From positions 15,623,360 to 15,687,359 of the forward strand of contig NC_043019.1 of NCBI RefSeq assembly GCF_006345805.1: 64,000 nucleotides of DNA, read 5' to 3'. The position numbers and the translations under genes are program-made. Source of the DNA: Octopus sinensis. Its lineage: Eukaryota. Numbering within the stretch: position 1 is the stretch's first letter; every line of letters starts with the position of its first letter. The notes beneath the pieces are model-generated. The model was not told the origin of the DNA. It saw only the letters and a program-made list of their open reading frames with translations, and did no database searches. This document shows positions 50,171 to 62,972 of the stretch, piece after piece.

Positions 50171-52105
50171 TTAAATCTCTCCTTTACCATTTTCAAATTA
50201 ATTGCAACATGGACAAAGTAATTTCATTGGAAATATGGTGATGAGAAGGTTAACATGAGGGACGTGAGAGTGTTTGGTAATGAGACAATTCACACTTTAT
50301 AACTCTTTCAATGCCAACCCACTTCAGGCCAACCACACTGAAGTGCTTATGTTCAAAATTAAAACTGATCTCATTAAAATTAAGTTCAGTTAGTCAATAG
50401 CAGTATAGTTATTCATAACAACTCTGAATTGGTGCTGTTGTTATTGCTGTCTTAGGTTATTAAGGAAGTCTTGTTACTTTTCATAATTTGTTAGCAATTT
50501 CTAAGGGAAAATGTAATCTTCCAAACTCTGGAAATTTCAAGGGGAGTTGAACTAACCTGTACTTCTTGCTGCTGAAGGCCCTGTGATTTTACCAGGGGAA
50601 CTATTTTTACAACAAGTCTAAATATATCTTTTTTCTTTTACTTGTTTCAGTCTCTAGACTGTGGCCATACTGGGGTAGTGCCTTGAAGAATTTTAGTCAA
50701 ACAAATCAATTCCAGTAGTTTTTTGAAGCCCGGTACTTACTCTATCAGTCTCTTTGTGTTTGTCCCCACACCACCACTTGTCATCTGGTGTTGGTGTGTT
50801 TACATCCCTGTGACTTAGCAGTTCAGCAAAAAGAGACCAATAAAACAAGAACCAGGCTTTAAAAAGAGAAAAATAATGGCATCGATTCATTCAACTACAG
50901 TTCTTCAGGGCAGTGCTCCAGCACGGTCACAGTCCAATAAAAGATAGAATATTCAGTAACTCATCTTCTATCTTTTACTTGTTTCAGTCATTGGACTGCG
51001 GCCATGCTGGGGCATCACCTCGAAGGGGTTAGTTTAAAAATAAACCCAATGCCAGTACTTATTGTTTTTAAAAGTCTGCTACCTATTTTATTGATCCCTT
51101 CTGCTGAGCTGCTTAGTTACAAGAATGTAAACAAACCAACACTGGTTGTCAAGTAGTGGTGGCAAACAAGCACACATACACACACACACACATACACACA
51201 CACACAATGGGCTTCCTCACAGTTTCCATCTACCAGATTCACTCATAAGGCATTAGTTGGCCTGTAGAGGATACTTGCTCTAAGTACTGTGCAGAGAGAT
51301 TGAATTGAACCTGCAAACACTTGGTTGCAAAGTCAGCTTCTCAACCACACAGCCATGCCTGCACCCATGTCATCTTAATTTAATTAAAATTTTAACAAGA
51401 ATTTTGCACCTCATTATTAATTAAATTTTTTTTAAATGCTCCAAATATTAAAAAAGGTGAAATTTCTTGCTGGAGTTTACTTCATACTTCCGTTCCTTTA
51501 AAATGATTTCAAAGTGCATAGCTGGAAAATTACTTTTCACTAAAATTCTCTCTTTCATGCACATTGTTGATGTTGTTGTTGCGGCTGCTGCTGTTATTTT
51601 TCAGCCCTAATTAAGCCCTGATTGGACAGATTTTTGATCAAAGCTATTCATTTCATCTTAATTTTAAAAATGATTTACATGGATTACACTAACCGATGTG
51701 CCTGTGTCTGTTTTTAATACAGTAAGGTGTGAGTTTGAAAGAGATTTAGCTGCTATTTCTACCAGATTGAGTGACCACATAGAGGCTCTTTCATTGGCTC
51801 ATCTCATACATAGGTTATAATTGTGTGTGTGTATGTGTAAATATATGTGTGTGCGCATATACATATATACATGTGCAGACATGGACTGGCTGGTAAGAAG
51901 CTTGCTTCCTAACCAAATGGTTTTGGCTTCAGTACCACCATGTGGCACCTTGGGCAAGTGTTTTCTACAATAGCCCCAGGCCGACAAAAGTGAGTAGATA
52001 TGATTGAGTGAGACTGAGAGAAGCCTGTTGTATTCATATATATGTATGTTTATATATTTATGTATGTGTGTTCTTGTGTTTGTCACCCACCACTGCTTGA
52101 AGACC

Positions 52106-52535
52106 CTGTGTCTGGCACCATGCAACACAAACAGAAGAACCTAGTCATGGCTGTCAGCCAATTTCTGCAAGCACATCACCCCTAACATCTGGCTACCTAA
52201 CTCTTCAGACTGTAACCCCCTTGCTTATTATGTGTGGGACACAGTTGAGTGAGAGAACAACAAAACTCCTTGTAGCACCAAAGATGAACTGAAGGCAAGG
52301 ATTATGGCAACATTCACCAACTTGAACAAGGAGACCATCCAGAAGAGTTGTAGGTGATTCCAAAGTTGTCTGGAGGTCGTGGTTGAAGCCAATGGCGATT
52401 TTATTGAATAAATTCACTCCTTAGTATTTCAGGATATTTTTATGTCATTTTGGTGAATATATCTGTTAAAATGAGATGTCAGCATTATTTTCGTGTTTGC
52501 GTAATTTAGACAACAGTTTATTCACTGCATCCTCT
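52106..52535 (+). mobile_element. 3' fragment of a Tc1/mariner DD37D (maT-type) element
   Basis: Broken translation PNIWLPNSSDCNPLAYYVWDTVE*ENNKTPCSTKDELKARIMATFTNLNKETIQKSC...VVEANGDFIE*, followed by 3' noncoding sequence. Confidence 0.8.
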
Positions 52536-52753
52536 GTGTGTGTGTGTGTGTGTATAGAAAGAGAGAGAGAGAGATAGAATGATAGGTAGGTATGTGTGTA
52601 TGTATAAAACAGATAGTTTGGTAGTTTCGCCAGTAAGTGTTCCGATAATTCAATCAACTGAAACTAACTATGAATCAATTTATTAGCACGTAAGTGGCTG
52701 AATATTCCAAGCACAATCACCATTAATGAAGTCATTTGCCAGACTCAGTATGA

Positions 52754-52756
<3 letters not shown>

Positions 52757-52806
<50 letters not shown>
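52757..52806. repeat. (CA)n microsatellite
   Basis: Read directly. Confidence 0.95.
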
Positions 52807-52809
<3 letters not shown>

Positions 52810-53977
52810 GTGTGATACCGTTTCCTTGAGGTTCCCTCTCTTGTTTCTGGTCACTAAGTGCAATGACATCCGTGTATGCGTAACAGGGTGGACAGACCTG
52901 ATTATTAGTGGGTTATTGATTAACACATTTCATCTGAGTAGAAATTAGTAAATTTGATATTTATAACCTCACATTAGCCTTTGCTCCCTCTGCCACCACC
53001 ACTTCACATAATTATGGTCTCCCATAAATCACATCTTTTTCTTTTTTATTTTGGTTCCTAATTATGTAGTCAATAAAAGGTCAGTGTCCTAAATACGAAT
53101 GCATTCACACAGTATTGTGAAATATTTTGTTGAGTTTGAATATGGTTGTAATATGTATCAAGGTATGAAGGTGGCAAGCTGGCAGCATCTTTAGCATGCC
53201 AGGCAAAATGTTTAACCATACAGCCACTCCTGTTCCCATATACGTGTGTGTGTGTGTGTGTGTATATATCATCATAATCATCATTTAACGGCTGCTTTCC
53301 ATGCTAGAATGGATTGGATGGCTTGGCTTGACAGGAGCTGGCAAGCAAGAAGTCTGTGCCAAGCCTCAACCATGTGCATTGACATGTTTTTTTTTTAATG
53401 GCTGGATGCCCTTCCTATCTGTGTTTTGTCATGGAGAAAATTTCTTACTGTTGACAAGTATATATTTTTATATGTATATGTGTGTGTCTTGTAAATCATT
53501 AAAGTAGTTGGCATTAGGAAGCGCATCCAGTCACAAAAACCCATGTCAAGGCAATTAGTGGAGCTTGGTGCAGTTTTCTTGTTTGCCAGCTCCTGTCAAA
53601 CCATCCAACCCATTCCGGCATGGAAAACAGATGCTAAATGATGATGATGATATATATATATATAGGCACAGGTGTGATTGTGTGGTTAAGAAGCTTGCTA
53701 GGGTTCAGTCCCACTGTGCAATACCTTGCAAAAATATATAGCCTCAAGCCAACTAAATTCTTGTGAGTGAATTTAGTAACTTGGTTCATGGAAACTCAAA
53801 GAAACCCCTCAATAAATAAATTAGCAGTCCATGGCAGTAAAATGGAAAAATTTTTAGTGTTGGAGAGGATGCTTTGTGATATGTGTTCCTGCTGTTTAAG
53901 TTCTGAGTTCAAATTCCACTTATTATCACCATCCTCTTTGTGCTGAAAAACAAAGTCCTTCGATATCCAGCTAGCAA

Positions 53978-54125
53978 TGATATATTAGGGGTTATGTGGT
54001 CGCAGAAATTGTCTGACAGCCATGACTGGGTTCTCCTGCTTGTGTAGCATGGTGCAGAGTCCTGTTGCCAGACATAGGGTCTTCCAGCAGCCACCCTCTT
54101 GAGTTCATTTGAGAAATACTTTGAC
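53978..54125 (-). mobile_element. Second DD37D (maT-type) transposase fragment
   Basis: AAGRPYVWQQDSAPCYTSRRTQSWLSDNFCDHITPNI. Combined with the 52106 copy, D2-D3 spacing is 37 aa. Confidence 0.8.
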
Positions 54126-55029
54126 TGCATATAAAAAAAAAACTCATCAAAGCTGCTCAAAGTGGATTACTAGCATTGGAGGGGAAAAAAAGTTGCCACC
54201 ATTAAGAGAATTGTCCATTAATTGAATTAATATCCATGTGCATCACAGCTGGAGTTTATCTAGTGATGATGAACAAGTAAGTTTTACTGCTGATTAATTG
54301 GCAGCCAATCTACTGAAGAAGACAGAATAAATGATTTTAGAACAACTGTACCATAGTTGGATTGGCATTTTAAAGATGGAGTAAAAAGATCTCATGACTC
54401 TTTGCCTCGAACCTGCAATCCAGAAAGCTATTGTAATTTCTACAGTTAGCAATTGATGTACATGCAAGCTGTGGAGGCTACAGACAAAAAAATCTGTGTA
54501 AGTTAACATTATATATTCCAATATTGAAATAGACTTCTGTGTGTACCTTATCTAGATAAATCTAAAAGTCATATAACTTGATATTTCCATATATTGGTAT
54601 GATGGCAGTTCTTCATGTGTGCAGATCATGATGAAGAATGGCAAGTCTTAAAGTGGCTATGTAAACCAATCTTTGACATAGTTGCCTTTCTAAACCTTAT
54701 ATAATTAGACCTACCCAAAAATAGAAGGTAAAAAAATATTCCATACCAAACTTTTAAAGAGATATTTCTCATCAGAAATTTGTTATGACTGTTCAATTTT
54801 TTTCTTTTTTAGGAATGAAATTCCTTGTAGGGTTTTAATTAGACTTTTAGGTAATGAAATTTAAATTTATGTATCTCAGTTTTCCTGCCTGATAGGAATA
54901 GCTATGAAATCTTTCAGGAATGTTAATGACATCTTATCTTGAAGATTATCATTTATTTACTCAATACCAAGAAACCAGAGCTTCAGAGCTAAACATTTGC
55001 CCTTAAGAGATACATACATTACAGTTTAA

Positions 55030-55480
55030 CCCTTTTGTTACCATATCTCTGTTGAAATACACTGGTTGAAAGCACATAGCTCAGTGGTTAGAGTAGCGGG
55101 CTCACAATCATGAGGTAGTGAGTTTGATTCTTGGACTGGGCTGTGTGTTGTGAACAAGACATTTTATTTCATGTTGTTGCTGTTCACTCTGCTGTCGAAA
55201 TGAGTTGTGATGTCACTGATGCCAAGCTGTATTGGCCTTTGCTTTTCCCTTGACTAACATCAGTGGTATGGAGACAGGGGAGGCTGGTATGCATGTGCAA
55301 CTGCTGGTCTTTCATAAACAACCTTGCCAGGACTTGTTCCCCAGAGGGGAACTTTCTAGGTGCAATCCCATGGTCATTTATGACCAAAGGGGATTTTTAC
55401 TCTGTCTCAAACATGAAATTTAAGATGAAGTTTGTATCATAGAGCCAGAGGTGGTCTTTGGCAGTTTGGTGTCAAAAGGC
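55030..55480. mobile_element. piggyBac-type MITE with a nested SINE
   Basis: TTAA-CCCTTTTGTTACCA...TGGTGTCAAAAGGC-TTAA; family E SINE at ~55070-55400. Confidence 0.65.
55070..55400 (+). mobile_element. tRNA-derived SINE (family E)
   Basis: Head tagctcagtggttagagtagcgggctcacaatcatgagg...; related minus-strand copies at ~4440-4775, ~40400-40590 and ~55640-55885. Confidence 0.75.
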
Positions 55481-57257
55481 TTAACACTAAAAAATCAGAG
55501 CTAAACATTGGTCCTTAAATGATACATCACATTACAATTTAAGTGATTGCTCTACAAGCCTTTAATGGAACATGAAGTTGGGTGGGATGTATGAAAGGGT
55601 GGGGCCTTTCCAGAAGTGTAGGGTCAGTAACAGTTAGGTAAAGTTACCTTCTCAAGTCATGCCAACTCATAAGGGCTAGTTTCCATGGCATATGAATTCC
55701 CCACCTGGATGGGATGCCAGTCCTTTGCAGGATTACTCATTTTTGCCAGCCAAGGGACAGGAGCAATATGAAATGAGGTGTTTTGTTCAAGAATACAATG
55801 CATCACCTGGTCCAGGATTTGAAACCACAATCTTACAATCATGAGTCCAACACCCTAACCACTAAGCCATGCACCTCCACCTATAGGGTCAGTGTCATCA
55901 TGCAAGTGACCAAGGGTCATTGCTGTAAGGAGAAGAGTAAGTGAGGACTTGTGAGCAGAAGGACGACTAGCTCTTTTGCTTTGGGATGAATGTGGTGGCT
56001 GTACAAGCTCAAGGAATTTACTGCTGGGTTCTGACCAGAGATTGGGTGGGTGGAGCTTCCATGAATGTCTCTCGTCTGGATGGGATTGACGATATGAGAG
56101 GACCTGTGAAGTAGGTAAGCTGTCCTTTTTCCTTTAGGTCCAACAGAAGTTCCTACAAACTTAAAACTTACTCTCAACTGTGAACCCAGCAGATTATCTC
56201 TGGATCTCTCGTGATTTCCACCTTAAATATTTCTCCTCCAGCTCTGCTTCATTTTCTGCTCTGGGGCCTTACACAACTGTGGAAAATGCTGTTTGTTTGT
56301 TTGTTTGTTGTTGCTGCTGCTGCTGTTTTTTTTTTCTTGTGTGTATATGTTGTGATTTTATTCAATAACTGCAGTTTCATTGAACAACCTTTGATCAATG
56401 ATTGATTGTATCTGTCCAGAACTGTCTATAAATCAGGTCAGATGCTTCCATTTCAAGAATTCAAAAGACATTCATTACTGTCTTTTGTGCCAACCCCACT
56501 ACTATCCCCATCATCACCACCACCACCACCACCCTAGCCCCTCAAATATGTTTACTGAGCTGAATAATTGTGTAGTTTGTACCAGAATACAAGTTTTTAT
56601 TTTGTTTGTAGTTTCATGTTGGCTCTCAGCCAACTAACTTAGAAATCAAAGACAATCCAACTGTGACCATCCTATTTTTTTAGTCAGATATACTGTATCT
56701 AGGACTATATATTCATATGCATTCTTTTTACTTATTTAAGGCTGCAGAATGTGTTTTGAAGGAGATTTGACTACTTTTTCTAGCAGTTTGGGTGACTCTT
56801 CCATGGGTCAGTCATAGCTGTGATCGTTTTCTTGTTCTTTTCTTTTCCAATCATATTATCTTGGTCTGGATGAAGGTGTTCTATCTCTGCCTTGCACCAA
56901 GAGGAAAAAAAGACAACTGGGCCTGGTGATGAGTGCAGGGCTTGGTGGTGTTGGATGCAATGTGGATGCAGAAACACTGAGCAAAATAGTACAAGGCTAT
57001 GAGGTGTTAGATATAGGGGAGGTTATGAGAGGGGAGAAAGTGGGTGGGTCAAGCACTTCGATTGGTGGTGATTGTTATTTAGCCCCAGATTAGTCCATTG
57101 AGTTACTCATGGTTGAAATCTTTCTACCCATGGCCATTCCATTGAATATTAGAAACTACCATGTACAATGTGTGTGGATGTGTTTTTGTTAAGATTTGTA
57201 GGTTGTCATTTGCAAGAGATTTGACTGCTATTTCTAGCAGATCAACTAACAGTGTAG

Positions 57258-57500
57258 AACGGGGGTTCTCAACCATTTTTTGTCTATGGACCCCCTTTGA
57301 TTACTATTTTAAATTTCTATTCCATGTTTTAAAATTAGATATTTCTTTCAAAATTTTTATTTTGCTTTTCCCTATTTCACTAGTGTGGGTTTACAATGGC
57401 ACTCTCTTTGAGAACATGCTTCAATGGCCTGGAATATATTAAGCTATGCAAAACATTAGAGACAGAAACCTAGCTATTTCTTGCAATAAATACCTCATTA
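57258..57500 (+). mobile_element. Family F hAT MITE, left part
   Basis: Same start and internal sequence as the 36378 copy. Confidence 0.7.
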
Positions 57501-57614
57501 TCCTCATGTTGCTGCAGTTCACTCAGCTGTTGAGATGGTGGAGTTGCTATTTCTACCCTTTTGAATGACCATGTAGAGGTTTCTTTGTTGGTTTGTGTGG
57601 ATGTTAAGTTAGAT

Positions 57615-57869
57615 CAGTGGTTCTCAACCATTTTTCTTTTGGCCTATGGAACCCCTTTGATTCCTGTTTTACTGGACCCTCATACCCATTCAATGTTTAA
57701 AAAATCCTATTACATTTTTATAATTAAATACCATTAAGAATTGTGTAGAAAGATTGTTAGAATATTTTGTGTATTGTAGAAGTACAGCCAATTCATTAAA
57801 CATTAATTTTAACAGCAAGATCTTATATGGGCCCTCAAGGGTCATGTGGGCCCTTGTTGAGAATCACTG
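57615..57869. mobile_element. hAT-type MITE (family F), complete
   Basis: TIR CAGTGGTTCTCAAC/GTTGAGAATCACTG; 8-bp TSD agttagat/agttaggt. Confidence 0.88.
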
Positions 57870-58258
57870 AGTTAGGTGGTAGATTTTGTTAGTTCAGGGC
57901 AATAAAGACCATTGTAAGTAGCTGCCACTCAATTGGATGTAGTTCAAAATGTGTGTGTGTGTGTGTGTGGCTTCTGCACTTTCTCAGCTATGTGAGGCAC
58001 AAAGTTTACAAGTTTATGGCATCTTAGAATGTTTTACCAAGTTACATCTTTTCTAATCTTCTTCTTTGTGCTGATTAAATAAAAAGAGGAAGGAAATGGA
58101 AAAGGGACGGAGATGGGATGTTATGTTCTACATGACACAGAGGCACAATAGTCTCTATTGTGTGTGTGTGTTAGGTCTGAACTGATAACTAAACTATCTG
58201 ATATCTTTTTGATCTCAGCAGATTCCACAAACACTTGAAAGCAAACCATCTCTAAGTA

Positions 58259-58261
<3 letters not shown>

Positions 58262-58328
<67 letters not shown>

Positions 58329-58336
58329 CTCTCTCT
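58262..58336. repeat. (CT)n microsatellite
   Basis: Read directly. Confidence 0.95.
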
Positions 58337-58622
58337 CATCATTAAATGGACTACTTCATTCATGGGCTGGCTTAGAAATTTGAGAAATCATGACTAACAT
58401 AAGACTTTAATATAATACTGAAACGTAATACTTTAACATGTTGCTTTTATATAGACCTAAACATGTGACTTTAAGTATAAATCTTCAAATATAACTCATA
58501 AAACTTTTAAACAAAAGTCTTCAAGTTGAAGCTATTTGACTTTAAAAGGAGATTTCACTATAAAGCATTCATGCGAAACTTTAACGATAATCCTATAAGA
58601 TTGTTATATTAAACGGTCATAC

Positions 58623-58675
58623 AACACTGTCACAAGATACTGTTACATAACACTATCACAAGATACTGTTACATA
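58623..58675. repeat. 26-bp minisatellite (acactgtcacaagatactgttacata), left part
   Basis: Two units abut the mariner TA site. Confidence 0.85.
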
Positions 58676-59967
58676 CGAGGGGCGTTCAATAAGTAATGCC
58701 CCTGACTCACTTCTCATAGCAGTAGAGCAACAAGACTTGGCACAGTTATTAGTCTTTTTCTACATAGGAACCACCCAGAGTTACGCATTTCTCCCATCAT
58801 TTGATGCAGCTCTGGAGACCGTTTTTGTAGAGGATCCCAGCTTGGTCCTCCAACCACGACGTGACTTCAGAAATCAAGGCTGTATCATCTGGGAAACGCT
58901 TTCCTTTCAAAAACAACCTCATGGCTGGGAAGAGGTGAAAATCAGAGAGTGCAAGGTCAGGAGAGTTGGGAGATGGGGGAGGAGTTCATAGCCGCACGCC
59001 TGTGCTTCTGATCTGGCAACACGTGAGTTGTGGACCGGAGCGTTGTCCCGCATGAGGAGGATGCCTTTGCTGATCTTGCCCCGCCTCTTGATTTTGATAG
59101 CTTCTCTTAATTTCCTCAAAAGTGAAGCATAATAGGCTCCTGTAATTGTGGAACCCTTTGCCAGGAAACCTGTCATCACTATTCCGTCCTGGTCCCAGAA
59201 GACTGTGAGCATGACCTTACTAGCGGAGGGTTGCACCCTTGCCTTCTTTGGAGGAGGTGAGTCACGGTGCTTCCACTGCATTGACTGGACTTTGGTCTCT
59301 AGATCATAGTGATGGACCCAGGTTTCATCCTGGGTAATCAGTCTTTTGAAAAATTTTGACACATCTTCTTGGCACATCTCCAAATTCATCCTCGAGCACT
59401 CAACGCGTTCTTGCTTCTGGAAAGGTATGAGCAACTTGGGAATCCATCTGGCAGACAACTTTTGCATATGCAAATGGTCATGAATGATAGTTTCCACTGA
59501 CCTGGTACTAATCTTGACCTCATGGGCTATTTGGCGAATAGTTATGCGTCGATCTTCCAAAATGGCAGCCTCAACTTGACGGACAGATGCCTCATCAATG
59601 GCAGAAAGGGGGCAACCAGATCTGGGAGCTGTTTCCACAGAGTTCCGACCATGTTTGAATTCACGATGCCAGCGTTTTACAAGGTCATATGATGGGGCAT
59701 CATTACCATAAGTTACTTTCATTTCATCAAAAGTCTCCCGTGGTGTGCGTCCTTTCAAATACAAAAACCGGATCACTGCTCGACACTCAACAGGCTCCAT
59801 TTCACACTTGACTCAGTTCAAACACCTGTAAATCAGAAACCACAATTAGTTCAGAGCTGTAATTTGCCACTTAATCCATAGAGATAGAAATGATTTCACA
59901 TGCAAAATTCCAGCTAGATCAAACAACTGCATATGGGTCAGAGGCATTACTTATTGATCGTCCCTCG
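58676..59967 (-). mobile_element. Full-length (1292 bp) mariner transposon, DD34D, irritans/Himar1-like
   Basis: 31-bp TIRs (CGAGGGGCGTTCAATAAGTAATGCCCCTGAC and CGAGGGACGATCAATAAGTAATGCCTCTGAC, 28/31 match). TA target duplication at 58674-75 and 59968-69. Transposase inside. Confidence 0.95.
58749..59800 (-). pseudogene. Mariner transposase pseudogene
   Basis: ORF from MEPVECRAVIRFLYLKG with WIPKLL, ITQDETW and RDNAPVH. A 1-nt deletion hits the YSPDL motif; the shifted frame reads SPDLALSDFHLFPAM...SCIK*WEKCVTLGGSYVEKD*, with one premature TGA. D2-D3 spacing is 34 aa. Confidence 0.92.
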
Positions 59968-60240
59968 TAACACTGTTACAAGATACTGTTACATAACACT
60001 ATCTCAAAATACTGACACACCAGACTGTTGCATGAGACTGTCTTACACAAGTTGCATAATACTGTTGCGTGACACCGACACAAAACCGTCACAGAAGTCT
60101 GTCACGTAACATTATCATGCAACACTGTCACACAAAACTGTTGCAAAAGACTGTCACACAAGTCTGTCACATTACACTGTTGTATAACATAGTCACACAA
60201 AGCTCAAACAGCACTGACACACAAGGCTGACACACAAACA
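59968..60240. repeat. 26-bp minisatellite, right part, progressively degenerate
   Basis: The same unit resumes in register after the mariner, then decays (acactgtcacacaagactgttgc variants). Confidence 0.8.
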
Positions 60241-61039
60241 GGCATCTACATCACATTATGTTGTCGTTCTGTCATATTATTCATCAAAAGGTTATTAATA
60301 TTGATATAATATAATGTATAAAGTTTATTAATATTAATAGGTGGTGAGTTGGCAGAATTGTTACCATGCTGGGCAAAATACTTAGTGGCATTTCGTCCAT
60401 GTTAACATTCTGGGTTCAAATTCTGCCGAGGTCGTTTTTGCCTTTCATCCTTTCAGAGTTGATAAAATAAGTACCAGTTGCATACTGGGGTTGATGTAAT
60501 CAACTTGCTTCCTCCTTGAAATTGCTTGCGTTGTGTCAGAATTTGAAATCAATATAAATATAATATAATAATATAATGTTTATTAATGCAAATACAATAA
60601 TCTGATGCAAATGTATTACACCTCAACTGCATTGGCGTTGGCGCCAAGCAGTGATGGTCTGGCTGTTTGATTGCTTTCTTTATGATAATTAATAATTAGT
60701 TTTGTTTGTAATCAACATATTAATTAGAACAGAATAATTCAAATTTATTTTCATAAGATATGTTTTGTTTTCATCCTTTTAATTCTTAGAAACAGTTTTT
60801 TTTTACTATATTGATTAATTATATTAATCTAAATTCTGAATTATTACAAGGTTTTAGTTGATTAGCAAATACATTTAATTGTAAATCTAAAATATGTTTA
60901 GCGAGATGTATTTTGTCGCTGTTTGCTACTTACCTTTCAAGCTGTTTGATATGAGTTGATTGATTTATTGAAATTAACAAAAACAATTATTGAAAAATTA
61001 TTTGAAACTGTTAACACACTAATATAGATATACATACAC

Positions 61040-61410
61040 TGTACCTTCTAGTATTTGCATCAGTATTCATTTGAGGCAGCTCTGGCCAATGAGTTGAGGC
61101 ACCTCTGGCCAACGAGTTCCCCATGGCCCACATGAATGCTGCATGATGGACAACAGTCAGCTGCAGTCGAGGCTGTAATGGACACCCATTCCTGGCTCCA
61201 TTGTCAAAGACCGTAGATGCCGGGGCCCAGTTGTGCTTCCACATCCACCTTTACCATTGCTAGCCATGTCTTCAGTTGTCCTCAAGTTCATTTGCACCAG
61301 CCTGGGACTGGAGCCCGGTTGACCATCTTGTGAATGAATTTCCCTGGAGGCTGACGTAAAGCATAGCCAAGCCACCTTAGATGTCTTACGAGTAGAACTT
61401 GTTGCAGCAT
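61040..61410 (-). mobile_element. RTE-like LINE 3' fragment
   Basis: RHLRWLGYALRQPPG...PVPGWCK*T*GQLKTWLAMVKVDVEAQLGPGIYGL*QWSQEW; locally GC-rich. Confidence 0.75.
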
Positions 61411-62972
61411 TGTCATATTTCAGGGCTCAAAATGAAGTCCAATGGGCTGGCTTTCTGGTTATTTGTCTGTCTGTCTGTGTGTGTTTTATACGTGTCATTG
61501 CTTCTACTGATTTGTTACTTAGCTAATTTTAACCATTAGTGCCAACATTGCTGGATGGTTAAGTTTACATGGCAATCCTGTGGCTCTGGTTTGATCCCAC
61601 AGCACAAAACCTTGGTCAAGCGTTTCCTACCATCTCATTTGGTTCAAGCTAATTCTCATCCAATAAGACTATATCTGTTCTTACGTGGTCAGATTCGATT
61701 GTTTACCCAATTTAATGCCACTAACTGGTCCTTTGGGTGTCTTTCTTTGACAGGGCTCTGCTCTTTCGGAAGCATTCAGGCTTGGTATCTGTTCTCTGAT
61801 TTAAGGACAACCTCTTCCCCACCGCCCCAATTTCTTAATGTATTCCTTTCTACTACATCAACCCCAGCAGCTGTGATTTCTTCATCCTTTCTTCACTCCC
61901 TTCTCTCCACTCCTACCAGTATCAGAGACCTAATAAAAGGTCGCAGCCATTGCCCTTCCTCTTCTAACTAAGAGCCATACCCTCTCCCATCCACTAATTC
62001 TCTGATTCCAACCATCATTACCATTTTCTGGTGTCAGGTTCCATGCATGACTGTCATGGCAGCACCAATATTTCTAAATTGTTCACAAAAAAAAAGGAAA
62101 AAAAAACCAAAATAGCAGACAAACAGACACATTCTGTGTGAATCAAACTTCCGTTCCAGAGAATTCTCATTACATTATTCTTGATATTTTCCTGAGAACA
62201 ATTACATTGAAATAGTTTCGACGCTATTTGGTATTAAAAGTGGTTTACCGTTTTTCTTTTGTGTATTTTTTTTCCCTTTCTTGCTTTTCTTTTTCTTTCT
62301 TTTTCCTAAAATTTACATTGCACTTTGACATTTTACTAGGATTTTTGGTAATGTTTTGGAATATTTCGTTTTAGATGCTATCCACTTACACTGGTTGTGT
62401 AATGATAATGTCGATAGTGGTGGGGGTGGTTGCAACAATGATGCAATTATTATCATTATTATTGATTTCAAATCCTGCTGAGGTCACTTTTACCTTTCAT
62501 CCTTTCAGAGTCAATAAAATAAGTACCAGTTGAACACTGGGGTCAATGCAAATGATTTACTCCTTCTCCCAAAATTTTGGGCTATGTACCTATAGTAAAA
62601 AAGATTATTATTATTATTATTATTATTACTACTACTACTGTTGTTAATTCTGTCAAGATTGACAATGCCTTTCATCTTTTGGCAGGGATGGGGGTGGGGA
62701 TCGATAAAATAAGCACTAGTTGAGCATTAGGGTTGATGTAATCAACTTGTCTATCCTCCAAGATTGCTGGCGTTGTGCCAAAATTTGAAACCATTATTAT
62801 TATTATTGATTTCAAATCCTGCAGAAGTTGACTTTGCCTTCCATTATTATCATTATTGTCATTATTATTATTATCATCATCACCACCACCACCACCGCAA
62901 CTATCATCATCATCATTCTTAGATTCTGACTGTGTTGTATTTTTTTCTCAATGACTTTGATTTGAATTTCAG

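Noticed and set aside
54446-54497. 52-nt AG/GT-bounded segment (LAIDVHASCGGYRQKNL)
   Set aside because: Open only in phase 0; incompatible with the phase 2 ends of exons C and D.
55900-56260. GC-richer unique-looking block, possible exon or LINE piece
   Set aside because: No motif I recognise in any frame; left uncalled pending a database search.
45890-60935. Minus-strand donors (GAAAG|GTAAG near 45893 and 60930) suggesting an antisense gene
   Set aside because: No matching acceptors or open frames; expected by chance.
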